Part shown: positions 17,070-30,300 of the stretch, in pieces | How the letters are laid out: every line of letters starts with the position of its first letter | Numbering within the stretch: position 1 is the stretch's first letter | Assembly: GCA_012295275.1 (NCBI GenBank) | Contig: CM022668.1 | Coordinates: forward strand, 8,742,001-8,806,000 | DNA from: Chrysomallon squamiferum | Lineage: Eukaryota; Animalia; Mollusca | Direction: 5' to 3' | Length of the DNA stretch: 64,000 nt | Notes under the pieces: generated by a model | Database searches by the model: none | Told to the model about the DNA's origin: nothing | The model's input: only the letters and a program-made list of their open reading frames with translations | Program-made: the position numbers and the translations under genes

Positions 17070-17525
17070 AATAATAATAATAAAAAATAATAATAAAAAA
17101 ATTAATAATATTAATAATAATAATAATAATAATAACGAAATAAAAGCAACAAAAAATAAAATTATTATTTCTTTAGACATCTTTACCATCTCATTTTGCT
17201 ATTATCAGCTGTCTTATCTGCAAACATTGTTAACAACAGGTTCAAGAACATTAAGAAAGTCACACAAGATTTTTAAAATTAAATAAGTGTAAAACATGAC
17301 ACCTGATGAATATACCACTATTTAAATCCGATTTACAAAAATATTAATCTTTATGGAAAATAAATTTCAAAAAGTAGCTGAAATCTTTCTGCGACATACT
17401 AAATAGAAAACATCTAATTCACTTGCAAGGAAATATAAATATAATGTTACTGAGAAGAAGAAACAGAGATGTATTTTGTATGTACCTATAAACTATAAGC
17501 CCTGAGTGTAACATGGAAATTGAAG

Positions 17526-17561
<36 letters not shown>

Positions 17562-18619
17562 TAAATTCGCTGTTTTCAAAATTTGGATTATTGAAATCTG
17601 CATCAGTTTTCAATTAGCACCTTTTTAAATTTGTTTTCTACAAAGTAAACATTTTTTTTTTTTTTGAATTTCAAAAATTAAATGAGTTATTGTTTTTTTT
17701 TAATTCTTATTTTCATTTATTATATTTTCTTCTTCTTATTTTTTTTGTTTTGTTGTTAACACTAAATCGATTTCATTATCATTTCTATATTTCAATGTCA
17801 TTATGTTTGCAAATTAATTATTTTTAAAACAAATTTTATCTCCATATGATTTTTGTTGTAAAAAAAAATAAATATGATTAAATTAATACTGAATTATTTC
17901 AACAAATCTTAGTGGATTGAATCAGAAAGATTATGAGATCCATCTAATGTGGGATTCTAATGTTTGACTGGGAAAATAAATATCAAATGACTGAAATGTA
18001 AAACAAACATGGTACAGAACGTCTTCCTAAATAATTAATATAAAAAAAAAAAAAAAAAAAAAAAAAATAAAACCTCAAAATACTGGCGTTATATTTTATT
18101 ATTTAGTTTTTTTAAATATTCAACTGTGGAAATGTTCACCTGTGTTCTAGTTAAATTTTAACTCGCACAGTAATAACATTAATTATTAAATATATAATTC
18201 AATAATTAAAAAAATAAATAAATAAAGTATATTAATAATTACTTTACTATCAAAGTAGTAATTGTAGTAGAATCAGTAGTAGTAGTAGTATTTGTTATTG
18301 GAGTAGCAATTAAATGTGCTCATTTTAATAATAATATTAACTATTATTACAATAATAATAATAATAATAATAATAATAATTTTAATAATAATAATAATAA
18401 TAATATTAATAATGATAATAATTATAATAATAATAATGACTATAGCAGAAGTATGAAATGTAATAATAAGAAGAAGAAGATTAAAATAAGGTAAATTTTG
18501 TATAATAATAATAATAATAATAATCATAATAATAATAATAATAATAGCAGTAGTAATAACAACAACAACAACGATGATGATAATGCTTCAGTTTTATAAC
18601 ACACGTCAGTAACCAGAAC
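12450..18619 (-). other. presumed ~6 kb 3' UTR of the NCKAP5-like gene
   Basis: Follows the stop at 18620-18622, is U-rich on the - strand and lacks recognisable exons. Candidate signals are AATAAA (12460-12465) and CATAAA (12550-12555) on the - strand. The end is uncertain. Confidence 0.45.
15600..16300. repeat. 63-bp minisatellite, 10 near-identical units plus a partial; decayed copies continue to ~16830
   Basis: Unit atatcagatatctgtatgttcatgaattttgaatttccacaaaccatgaagataatgataaaa. It explains the 21-aa periodic ORFs on both strands. Confidence 0.97.
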
Positions 18620-19176
18620 TCAGTTGAAGTTTTCATGGCACGAATCGCTTAGCGACAAGCTTTCGTCTGGAAGATAATCTGCAGAATCGGAGGAAACCGA
18701 GCGACAGTTCTGCTGACCGTCGCACCTCGACGCGCAGCCCTTTGCTTTATTCTCCCGCTGTTTCTGCTCTTTACGAGCATCGGCGCGTTTTTTACGACGG
18801 TTTTTGTCAATCCTTCTCACTCGCCCGCTCGAATCAATGCGACAGTCTAGAACACAAACAGACGGACAGACGGAGGTTGAGGAGGATGATGGAGGATAAG
18901 GATGATGATGAGGATGATGATGGTTTTCGGGTTTCTCGACGTCGTTGTTGTCGTTGTTGTGAGTGGGTTGTTGTTGTTGTTGTTGTTGCTGTGGTGACGG
19001 GGACTCTGAGTTCGAGGCTGAGAATTCGTCAAGGAAATCGAAAGCGGCCACAGCCTCTTCCTCCTGTTTCCCGTAGCGAATGAAAAATTTTGAAAAGTCC
19101 AGAGGAAGCTGGTTTGACGAGGAGGTTGAAGAGGAAGAGGGAGACTGACGACGATGATGACTTGCTTCTTGTTTTC
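18620..19176 (-). CDS. NCKAP5-like terminal coding exon
   Basis: Acceptor ttctttcag at 19177-19185, phase 1; (R)[15 protein letters not shown]...[28 protein letters not shown]...SCHENFN*. In frame with ORF 18620..19051. Confidence 0.88.
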
Positions 19177-20267
19177 CTGAAAGAAGAAAATTAAATTAAA
19201 AAAAATAAAACAACGGTTATACGATTTTTTAAAATTTTTAAATATTTAAATTTTAAATTTTTATTTAATTTTTTTTTTTTTCCCATTGATTCCAATTTTT
19301 ACAATCACTCTGACGTGAAGGTGACACGAAATTCTGATGTTTTCCACGATTCTGGGTTCGGAAATGTCAAAGTTCTGGTGAGCAAGGCACCTTTAATGCT
19401 GGTCATATGATTCAGTGAGAAGGGTTATGAATAGCAGTGAGAAGGGTTATGAATAACACTGAGAAGTATTATGAATAACAGTGAGAAGTATTATGAATAA
19501 CACTGAGAAGTATTATGAATAACACTGAGAAGTATTATGAATAACAGTGAGAAATATTATGAATAACTGAGAAGTATGAATAACAGTGAGATTTATGAAT
19601 AACAGTGAGAAGTATTACAACAGTGAGATTTATGAATAACTGAGAAGTATGAATAACAGTGAGATTTATGAATAACAGTGAGATTTATGAATAACTGAGA
19701 AGTATTACAAATAACAGTGAGAAGTGCTATGAATAACAGAGAGAAGTATTATGAATAACAGTGATAAGTGAGAAAAAAATGAAATAAACTAAACTATATT
19801 AAACCCAAGTGACAGAAAATACGCAAAACAACAGAGTGTAGAAGAAAAAGTAGAATTGAAACAAAATAAACAGGAATGTAGTGAAGGAAACCAGATGAAC
19901 CTAGGATGCTATAAGGAGAAGTAGAAATGTGAGTAAACTCACTTGAACTTCCTGTGAGTCGCTGACACATCATGTGATCAAGGCCAATGTCACTCGCCAG
20001 ACTGTCATTACTCTCCCCTCCTGATGCTAGCATCATGTCTAACATGTTGGCACGTTTCTGAATAAATAATAATAGTAGTAGTAGAAGTAGAAGTAGTAGT
20101 AGTAGTAGTAGTAATAATAATAATAGTAGTAGTAGTACTAGTATTAGTAGTAGTAGTAGTAGTAATAATAATAGTAGTAGTAGTACTAGTAGTAGTAGTA
20201 GTAGTAGTAATAGTATTAGTAGTAGTAGTAGTAGTAATAATAATAGTAGTAGTAGTAGTAGTATTAA

Positions 20268-20305
<38 letters not shown>

Positions 20306-23300
20306 ATAATAGTAGTAATAATAATGACAATGAAAGACAATAATGATAATAACAATAATAATAATAATACTATTGCTACTACCAATAATAATAATAATGA
20401 TAATGACAATACTACTTACACACATACATAAAATAATAGATTTAAATCTGATTTATAAAATAAATAATTAAATCATAAATAAATAAATAAATAAATAAAA
20501 CATACATGCATACATACATAGATATATACATACACACATACATGCATAAAATAATAGATTTAAATCTGATTTACAAAATTAATAATTAAATAAATAAATA
20601 AATAAATGAATAAATAAATGTATGTATAAATAAATAAATGAATAATCGATGTACATATAAATAGATAAATTAATTAATAAATAAATAAATAAATAAATAA
20701 ATAATAGATGTACGTATAAATAAATAAATTAATAAATAAATTAATAAATAATTAAATAAATAAATCAATGTATGTATAAATAAATAAATAAATAAATAAA
20801 CAAACAAAACAAACAAACAAACAAAACAAAACAAAACAAAACAAAACGGCATCATCAACTCACGAGTGGATCGTCCAGACAGCTGTCGTTGAAACTTGCT
20901 CGTTTCTCGCGAAAGAAACACGACTCACTCTGATCAGAACCACGAGCGCTGGACGACTCAGACAGCCTGGTCAGCGAACTCACGTCGCCAGGAGAGAACT
21001 GTCCACCCGTCCCACTGACCATTATCTCGTAGAACCTTTCCGGAACCTCCTCCCCTCCTCCTCCTCCGTAGGAGTGCGAATTCAGAAAACATGAAGCAGT
21101 ATTTTCCTCATCCAGGGAATTGTTCAGCCAGTCGGAGCCCTCACCTGCCAGCATCTCACTGCTGCCGATGATCACCTCCCCTCCACACGAGGTCATGAAG
21201 ATTTCGTCCTCTTCCCAGTGGTAGCCATCTAAAACGCTGCTGCCGGAGTTGGTGAAGGTGGAGATGGCAGGGTAGGCGTGGAGGTCATCATCGGTGGATC
21301 CTCCGATGTCCGAATTGAGGCTGGACAAGCTGTGATGCAGGTCGGTGACGGTTTTCGACAGGTTTGCGATCTGTCGCGAGATCAGCTCAAACTCTTTGGG
21401 TTCGACGGAGTCGGTCGCGCTGTCCTGACCCCTGGTGGTGGTGGTGGTGGTGGGGGGCCGGGCAGCCTCGGAAGAAACGGCTCGGTTCGCGTCGCAGTCT
21501 CGACTGCTGTTTGAAAAGAGGCTGGATCGCGAGTCTGGACCCGCGGGACACAGGCTGTAGAACCTGCTGTTAAAACGAGTCTGTTCTTCACTGGGCGACT
21601 GTCGGTTTTCGTCTGCAGGGACATCATCGTCATCATCACCATCATCATTTCTAACACCCTCTGAACCGTCCTCGGTTCGACACTGTGCTGTACTAGAGTT
21701 AGCAGAGCTCATTGAACGTTGCTGACACGACGTACAGCGTGACTCAGTTTCTCGACCGCTACATTTCTCTGGTGCAGGGTTCTGGGCTGTTTTGTCAGCT
21801 CTGTCACCGTGGCAACAGGATGGTTCGGTCTGTTCCTGGGTCCTAAGGCCTGGCTTGTTGAGGTGTCGGTCGATGTCATCCTTGGAGAACTGCAGCAGCC
21901 AGTCTTCAGCATATGCAGTGTTAAACTTCGTCACCGAAACTGGAGAGGGAGTGGATGTCTAAAAATAGAAATAATGCTTATTATTATTATATACCATGTG
22001 TGTCTGTGCATGTATGTGCATTCCTGTGTGTGTGTGTCTGTGCACTCATGCCTGTCTGTGTGTGTCTGTTTGTGCATGTGCGTGCAAATACATCATGTGT
22101 GTGTGTGTGTTTATGTCTATGCATGTATGTGCAGCTAGGTAAGTATTTTTGTGTGTGAGTATGTAAATATCACCAAGTGGATTACCTACCAGATATTTAA
22201 TTAAAGAAATGACTATAATTTAAAAAGAACTGTATTAATAATACTGATACTGGTGATGTTGATGATGATGATGATGATGATAGTAAATTAAAGAAAATTA
22301 TTCTTGCAAAATATATTTGTCACCAACACATTAGAAAAATATAACTAATGTTGTTTTGTTTTGTTTTTGTTTTTTTAATTACACTTATCTCTTTAAGTTA
22401 TGTTTATAGAGTGTGTTTCCTGGATTTTTTGTTCAGGCTTGTAAGCATGTTTCTAAATTACCTGGAAGTTTGTCAATGTCATTTAAATGCAAAATACTTT
22501 CTCTAATATTTGTGTTTGTGTGTAAAATTACTTTTAGAAATGTTTCCATTGTTTCCTTTGGATTCCACACAGGTAAGTTGTAAGGCCTCTTTTCTTTTTC
22601 TTTCAGCTTCTCCAGAAAATCTACAGTTTTAATCCTTTCTCCACTTGAGTTGCTCTTCCCTGATAAACTCGTCTGAAAGAGTTTTAAAAAGTAAAAGTTG
22701 CAGTAGTAGTTGCAGTAGTAGTAGTAGTAGCAGTAGCAGCAGTTGTTGTAGTAATAAAAATAAAAGACAAAAGAAAAAGTTGCTGCTCTTAAAATCCAAC
22801 AAAAGAAGGGGAAAAAAAGATGAGACAATGAAAAATAAATTTGGTTTAACTTTATCAAGTAAAATAAAAGAAAAAAGAAAAAGGAAAGGAAATTTTTTAA
22901 TATATTTAAAAAGAATATTAAAATCTGAAATGGTCAAAACTGATAAAAAAAAAAGAAAAAAAAGAAGAAATTAATTAACCTGCAATACTAGAAAACATCA
23001 GCACAATGAAAGATGTTATTTTATTTTTCATTTATGCCCACAATGGTAACAAAACTACTTCATTTCGTATTACACGTTTTAAAACGTGAAATACTACAAT
23101 TAAAAAGAGATTCTCAGTCAACAAAGGTTAACAATTTCACCTCAAAAGTGAAAATTCACTCGACAAACAACTGTTTTTAATATTACCTGTGAGGTATAGA
23201 GTCTCTGTATGATCTCCTGAACTCTCTGCAACACTGTGGACTCATCAACACTCAGACACAGAGCTCTACGTCGAAAAGCTCTCAGACACTCGGAGGCTTT

Positions 23301-26300
23301 GGGCCCGCGAATGTCCATCTCCGAAAACGATGCTGATCTCTCCGGCACTTTGCCGCTGTCCCAGTTGCCGTCCAGGAAATCTTCGTACTTTGAGGTAGTT
23401 CGAGGCTGACGCAAGGGAGACAAGTCCGACTCCGATTTAGCTTTGATAAGGCACACGTTGGGTAGGGTGGGCGATGTGAGGGTCAAGGTCAGTGTGTGGG
23501 CGATGGAACCCGCTGACGAAATGGACAGTGGTCGGACGGTTTCCATGGAAACGCTGTCCTTCATGACCAGGGGTCCGGAGTGGTGGTGGTGGACGTCGTG
23601 CTGGTTGTGCATCAGCTCCTGGACGTTTTTGTTGTGAAGTATTTCCCACTCGTCGTCTTCGGGAATGTCTTCCAAGATTTTTTCTTCGCTTATGTGAAGA
23701 GAGGTCATGTGACCCAAACCAGAGTCCTCTCTGGAGGAGCTGGAGGATCCCGACACATCCTGGTAGAAAATGTCAGTGGCCAGGACACTGCCGTCATTCA
23801 CACTGGTTTCATCTTCACTGGAATTGCAGCTGCTGGCTTCCGATAAACTGGCATTATCTTTCCTCAGGTCAAACACAGGTCCTTCTGCAACAGAATTACC
23901 TCCCTTGCGGTCACCATCTTTGGCACAGGGTGGCAGGAGCTTGTTTTGCATAGATGTCGTTTTGAGAGTGACGGGAATTCTCGAAGGGAGTTCAACCTGA
24001 GTAACTTTTGGAGACGCGACGCACTCCTGGAAGATTGGTATTTTCGATATCTTGCCCAGTTCGCTGTGAATGGTTGGGGTTGGAGGTGAGGTGATGGGTG
24101 GTGGTGACCTCAAGTCGCTGATCTCTGATGTTTTCTTGGCAGCATCTTCGAAAAACTTCTTCATGTTCTGCACCTTGTGTCCGGGACTAAGCACGCCTTC
24201 CCCGCTCGACGTGGACACCTGGGACGAGAGACTGTGGGACGACGTCCTCATCTCGTAACTGTGAGCCGAATTCTCCATCGCAGAGTCGGGATCACTGGAG
24301 AAATCCTGCAACTGTCCTTTCACTCTGCCTGCTGCTGCTGCTGCCACATCGACCGCTTTCTCCGAATCTGTAATGCACTCGTCGCTCTTGGTGCCAGGGT
24401 CGGCGAACTCTTTCAGAGCCTCGGGCTGAATGTCGCTGGACATCGTCGAATAGCCATCGTCCTTGCTACCGGATCGCTCCACTCGGACGCTGTCGAAGCT
24501 GGTGTCTGTCGTGGAGTGACTCTTCTGCTGGTAGATGGTCACGTCCTGACTTCTCACCCGCTCGATGACGTCCTGCACAAGAAATGCTGCGAGGTCTCTC
24601 TGTCTCTCGACAGTGAGGTTTTCACACAGGTACGGCAGACCGTTCTGATCTAGCACCAGCCCGTTTTTTACTTTATCCGACTCTTTCACTGGATTGAACT
24701 TTATAGTGGAAGTGGAAGTGGATGTGGAAGTGGAAGTTTCACTGCTACTTTCACTTTCGTTTCTGACAACGGAGCCAAAGGAACAAGAACTTTCACCGAC
24801 GGGTAAAGATGATTTACGTTTAACTGAAGGGGAAGGTGGCACTTGTGTTACTGGAGTAGATGGATTTGATGTGGTTGTGGTGGCTGTTTTCTCACTGGGA
24901 GGGACATCTTTTGACTGTGGATTTGTTATGTTTCGTTTACTGGTGGGCAACAAAGGTTTAGTTTGATTTACAGGTGAACAGTTTTTTGAAACTTTTGGCT
25001 TTTTAGGAACAGGTGGAGGAGCCTTTCTTGGACTCACTGGGCTCATCAATGGAATCTTTGAACACACAGATTTTGACTTATTTGCATCAGAATGTTCAGA
25101 CTTAGGAGTTGACGTTTTTGGTGAACTTTCCTTTGAACTCTTGCTAGAAGAATCCGAATGCTCCTGACCAACTGAATCAGCAGCACAACGTGTTTGTCCA
25201 TTTTCCGACTTTTCCAATTTCTCCACTTTTTTGGAATCATCGCCGTTCTTTTCACAACTTACAACACTTTTCGAGTTCTCTGCTCTCATCTCCGGTTTAT
25301 TTGCTTGCTGAGGAGAGGTGAAAGATTTAGCTTCTTCGGCACTGGACGAACTCGAAGAGAACCCACATAACATGAACTGCTTGTCTCTGGGAGCCAGAAT
25401 TAGATTGTCTGGCCTCAGAGGCCTGCAACCAGCTAACCCGTAAGCTTCATCGACAACCACAGTTGACTTTCCTTCCTTGACAATAATGGTTGCATACGGT
25501 CCCGATTTGTTCTGAACAACTGGCTTCCCACCAGCCATGTTGAAAAACATACCCTGTGGAGTCATGCTTGGTGGGTATTCCGATTTGTGGCTGGCAGGGG
25601 AGAGACAGATAGGTGACCAGTCTGAGAGAAAGTCATCGTCCAGAGGCAGGTCGCCATCCATGCTGTTGTCGAGGAGTTCGTTGAGCGACATCGTCGACTC
25701 TGTGTCACAGTCAGTGTTGACAGGTCTGCAGTCGCTATCCTCGTCACTGTAGTCGTAGTAGTACTGACTGTGAAATGGAACACTCTGTTTTGATTGGCTG
25801 TTGTGACTGGAACTCTCTAATTTGGGAGAACCTTCCCTTCCTCCTCCCTGACTATGACTGTGACCTTGCCTGTGTTTTGATGAGTCCAGTGGGGTGCTGT
25901 GTCTTGGTCCAGTGAGTTTACTTTCTGGAGTCACTTCGCAAGGTTTTTGCCTGATTCCGTTAGAAATACTTTCTTTGGGAGAATCAGCAGACTTTTGTCG
26001 TGGAAGAACGTTGGCAGACAGAACCGGAATTCCTCTCGAAGAAACGCGAGGACTACCCGAAACCGGGCTGTTAACAGTTCTCTGATTGGTGGACAGGTTC
26101 TTTTTCTGCTGCAGAGAATCAGGCTGCCTCTGCTGAGGAATTTGATTGGCTGACAAAACAGGTGTTCCTTTAGAAGACATGGGAATTTTACTCTGCACAC
26201 TGGGAGAGGCACTTCTGTTCCCACCCGCACTTCCGTTAGTGGGAATTACTTTTGAATTACTCTTTGTCCTTTTATGAAGCCTTGATCCGGCTTTCGCTAA

Positions 26301-27290
26301 CTGAAGCCTTCCTGACTGTAAACCCCTGTCCAGAGACTTGGAACCAGCCTCAGCCACACTGACGTGCTTTACCTTCGGACTCGTGTTGTTCACTGGAAAT
26401 TCAGTCTCAATCTTCGTGTGAAGGACAGGTCCACTCTTGGATCTGGGTGGGTTCTTGCGGTCCGCTGGGCTGGATGTCGTTGAGGACAAGTTCCTGATGG
26501 GGCTGGCTGACGAAGGAATGCTGGAAGGACTTCCAGTAGATGACCGACTTGACTGTCCATCCTCTGTCTGTCTGTCCAGTTTGTCCTTGAGCCACGGTGG
26601 TGGTGAACTCATCTGAGGTTTGCCTGGACTGTCGTCAAACATCTGAAAAAAAAAAAAAAAAAATTAAATTTAAAATTACTAATTAAATATAAATAAAATT
26701 AGTAGAAAAGAGAAATAAATAATAATATGGCACAAATAATGTATATTTTAATTATAAATTGATATTAAAAGAAAATAATAATAAAAGGGAAAAAAATCAA
26801 ATGAATTAATAAGTAAAATAACTAAGTAAATAAATAAAAGAAAAAGAACTACAACAAAACATTTAAGAAAATCAATATAATAACAGCAGCAGCAGTAGTA
26901 GTAATAGTAGTAGTAGAAATAATAATAATAATAACAACAGTAAGAACAACAATAATATTAACAAAAACACAAAAAGAAAAATAATCAACACAAATTTTAA
27001 AATTAAAATTATCATTAACCTCCAATCTTTACCAAAAACAAATTTAAATTTTTTTTTAAAATAAAATGGTTTATATATTTAAATACTGATAACATAATAA
27101 TAATAATAAGAAGAAGAATAATAATAAGAAGAAGAAGAAGAATACATTTTTGAAAACTATTCATTGTTACTTACATAGTCACTGCACATACTCTGTATAG
27201 ACTCAGTACTGTTTTCGAGAAAGGCTGGAGTTGGTCCCCTTGGTTTGTTGGTCTGGAGTTTGTGTTGAGGTAGATTAGCTTGCTGTGAAA

Positions 27291-27337
<47 letters not shown>

Positions 27338-30300
27338 AAAAAAAATAAAATAAAATAAAATAAAATAAAATTTTAATTAAATTAAATTAAATTAAATAAA
27401 TAAATAAATAAATAAATGATTGATTAAAAATAAATAAAAATAAAATAAAATAAAATAAAATTTTAAAAATGTTTTTAAAAATATAATAATAAAATGAAAT
27501 ACCAAAACCAAATATAAGTAAAAAAATAAACAATAAATATAGATAAAGGGTATACAAACAGAAATTAAAGTCGACACAAAACACAAACAAAAACAATTTT
27601 TTTATCTTAATAACTAAAATGAATAAAAAAATAAAAGATGAAGAATAATTTTTACTGAAGAAGACCTTTCTGAAACAAAAATCTATTTCACTGCAAAGAA
27701 ATATGAAAATATTTACTTCATAATAACACAGACATGGACTAACACTAAAGAATTTTTTTTTTTGTATTCTCAGTCAGTTTTGGGTTAGAGGCTGGAATGG
27801 GAAATTGCCTGTTGGAAGTTTATATTATATTATATTAGATTAGATTAGATTAGATTAGATTAGATTAGATTAGATTAGATTAGATTAGATTAGATTAGAT
27901 TAGATTAGATTAGATTAGATTAGATTAGATTAGATCGTATCGTATCGTATCGTATCGTATCGTATCGTATAGTATAGTATATAGTATAGTATATTACAGT
28001 ATATTCTAAACAAAGAAGTGGGTATATTGAAACACAGTGCAAGCAGTAGCTGAACATACCTCTGTGTGGGTTTGAGTAGGAGAGCTGGATGGTGGTGGTG
28101 GTGGTTGAGGTGAGGTTTGTGTTGTGGCTGCCTCTGCAGTTTTGGTGACAGGTGACAACATCTTGGCTGATGTTTTACAAGTGGAATGAGACTGAAATGT
28201 GCAAACACAAAGTTTTGAAATTAATTAACACCACTAGCCATTGGATTTATATCCAGATTCAAAAACATTTACTGATACTAAATTAGAAAACAGTTATATA
28301 TATATATATTAAATTAGAAAACAATTATATATATATAAATACATTTACCTGTTTTTTATTTAATTTAAATCCCTCAAGATATGTTATTATTTATATATTT
28401 ATTTATTTATTTATTTATTATTATATATTGTGTACTTATTATTTGTTTATTTACTTATAATAAAAATTGTTATTATTATAATTATTTGTACTTTTTTTAA
28501 ATAACATTAATTACTACTCCATGAATTTGATAAAGTCACAAATATAATGTTTATTATATATTATATTATATTATATTATATTATATTATATTATATTATA
28601 TTATATTATATTATATTATATTACACTACATTATATAGAGACAAAATTCACTTCCACATCAGCAAACATTTCAAGCAATATTTAAAACTGTCAAGGGAGG
28701 TAACTCTAAGCAGGCTGTACCTGAGAATCACTTGAGTATCTGAGTCGCTGTTGAAACATGTAGTTCAGTTGTCTGTTCTGATGTTCTAAGTCATGGACTC
28801 TGCCCTGCAGTTTCATACATTCCTCTCGTAATGTCTGCAAAATCAAATTTAATGATGTCAGTTAAACAAGAGAAACAAAACAGAAATCCATTGCAACATC
28901 ATCATAAATGAATTTCACTATATCAGTATATATATATTTTTTTTTTTTTAAAAGCCAGTTAAACATGTTAAATTAAAAACAAAATCGCAGTCTAAATAAA
29001 TCTTGTTTATTCCATATCACTGCTTGTTCATTGTTAGCCCACCTATGGTAATTGAGGCAATAAGTTTAAATCCATAATTTGTAATATCCTAAAAGCTGTT
29101 GTGTTTGTCTGAGAGTTTGAAGAGATCATTCTTTCATAATAATAAAGTACTAAAATGTTAAAAAAAAAAAATAAAAAAATCAGAGAAATAACAAATTTAA
29201 CATATGTATATATATTTTTTTTTTTCCCCCAAAGTTAACAATTATTTTACACGTTCACTGAACTAGAAATATTCCTAAAAACAAATACACATATTTTTTT
29301 GGTTCCATTTTTTAACTCTGGGTATCTAGAATATTAATAATTCACTTTTCCACTGAACTAGTAATATTCCTAAACACAAATATACAATTTCTGCCTCCAT
29401 TTTTTTTTATCTCTAGGCATCTAGAATATTAATAATTCACTTCTTCACTTTTCCACTGAACTAGTAATATTCCTAAACACAAATATACAATTTCTGCCTC
29501 CATTTTTTTTTATCTCCGGGTGTTTGGCATATTAATAATTCATTGCTTCACTTTTCCACTGAACTAGTAATATTCCTAAAAACAAATATACAATTTCTGC
29601 CTCCATTTTTTTTAACTCTGGGTGTTTAGCATATTAATAATTCACTTTTCTAGCAACATTCCATACCTTCTGTGCTAGGAGAGCCTGCACCACCTGGTTT
29701 GCGATTTCATCAAGGCACTTTTCATACTGCTGCCGTTGTTGTTCATTCTCCAGAACCAGCGACGAGTTCTCTGCTTCCAGCATCTTCAACCGCTGCAGCA
29801 ACAACTTCGATTTGTCCTGCTCATCCCCCTTTCCATTCATCTGTAAGATGACAATAACGATGATGACGATAGGAATGATAATATGTGTAATAAAAATAAC
29901 GATGGTAGCAATAAAAAATCATGGTGACTGTGATGTTTTATAATGACTCTAAAGTAATAGTTGAAGGTAATAATAATAATATAATAATAATAATAATGAT
30001 AAAGAAGACACCATTTCATTATAGCTGTGATATTAAAATAACCACATAATTGTTAGTATTATCAATTCATTGGAAGTTATATTTTAATTTAAATTTATTT
30101 TTATTTTAAAATCAGTATAGTACTTGTTTATTCACTTTTCAAAACAAATTTTAAATTTTTATTTTTTTTAAATTGTTTTTTATTTTATGGACTTGAAAAT
30201 GTACCTGTGACTCCATTTTCTTCACTTGATTGAGCAACATCATGTTTTCCCGTTCCAACTCTCCAATCTGTGTGCGAGACTTCTGAAGATTTACCTGAGA

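Noticed and set aside
19300-19398. GC-richer intronic patch as an extra NCKAP5-like exon
   Set aside because: Both candidate acceptors are weak and hit TGA within 11 codons in the required phase. The flanking exons already join in frame.
22462-22531. Alternative donor CAG|GTAATT at 22462/22461
   Set aside because: It gives phase 1, incompatible with the phase-0 acceptor at 21958.
23437-26595. Alternate-frame and antisense ORFs within the giant exon (also at 18742-19083 and 21278-22158)
   Set aside because: Shadows of GC-richer coding sequence with no recognisable products.
27834-27935. (TTAGA)n as an interstitial telomeric repeat
   Set aside because: It is not TTAGG or TTAGGG, and it grades in register into TTATA and TCGTA, so it is an ordinary microsatellite.
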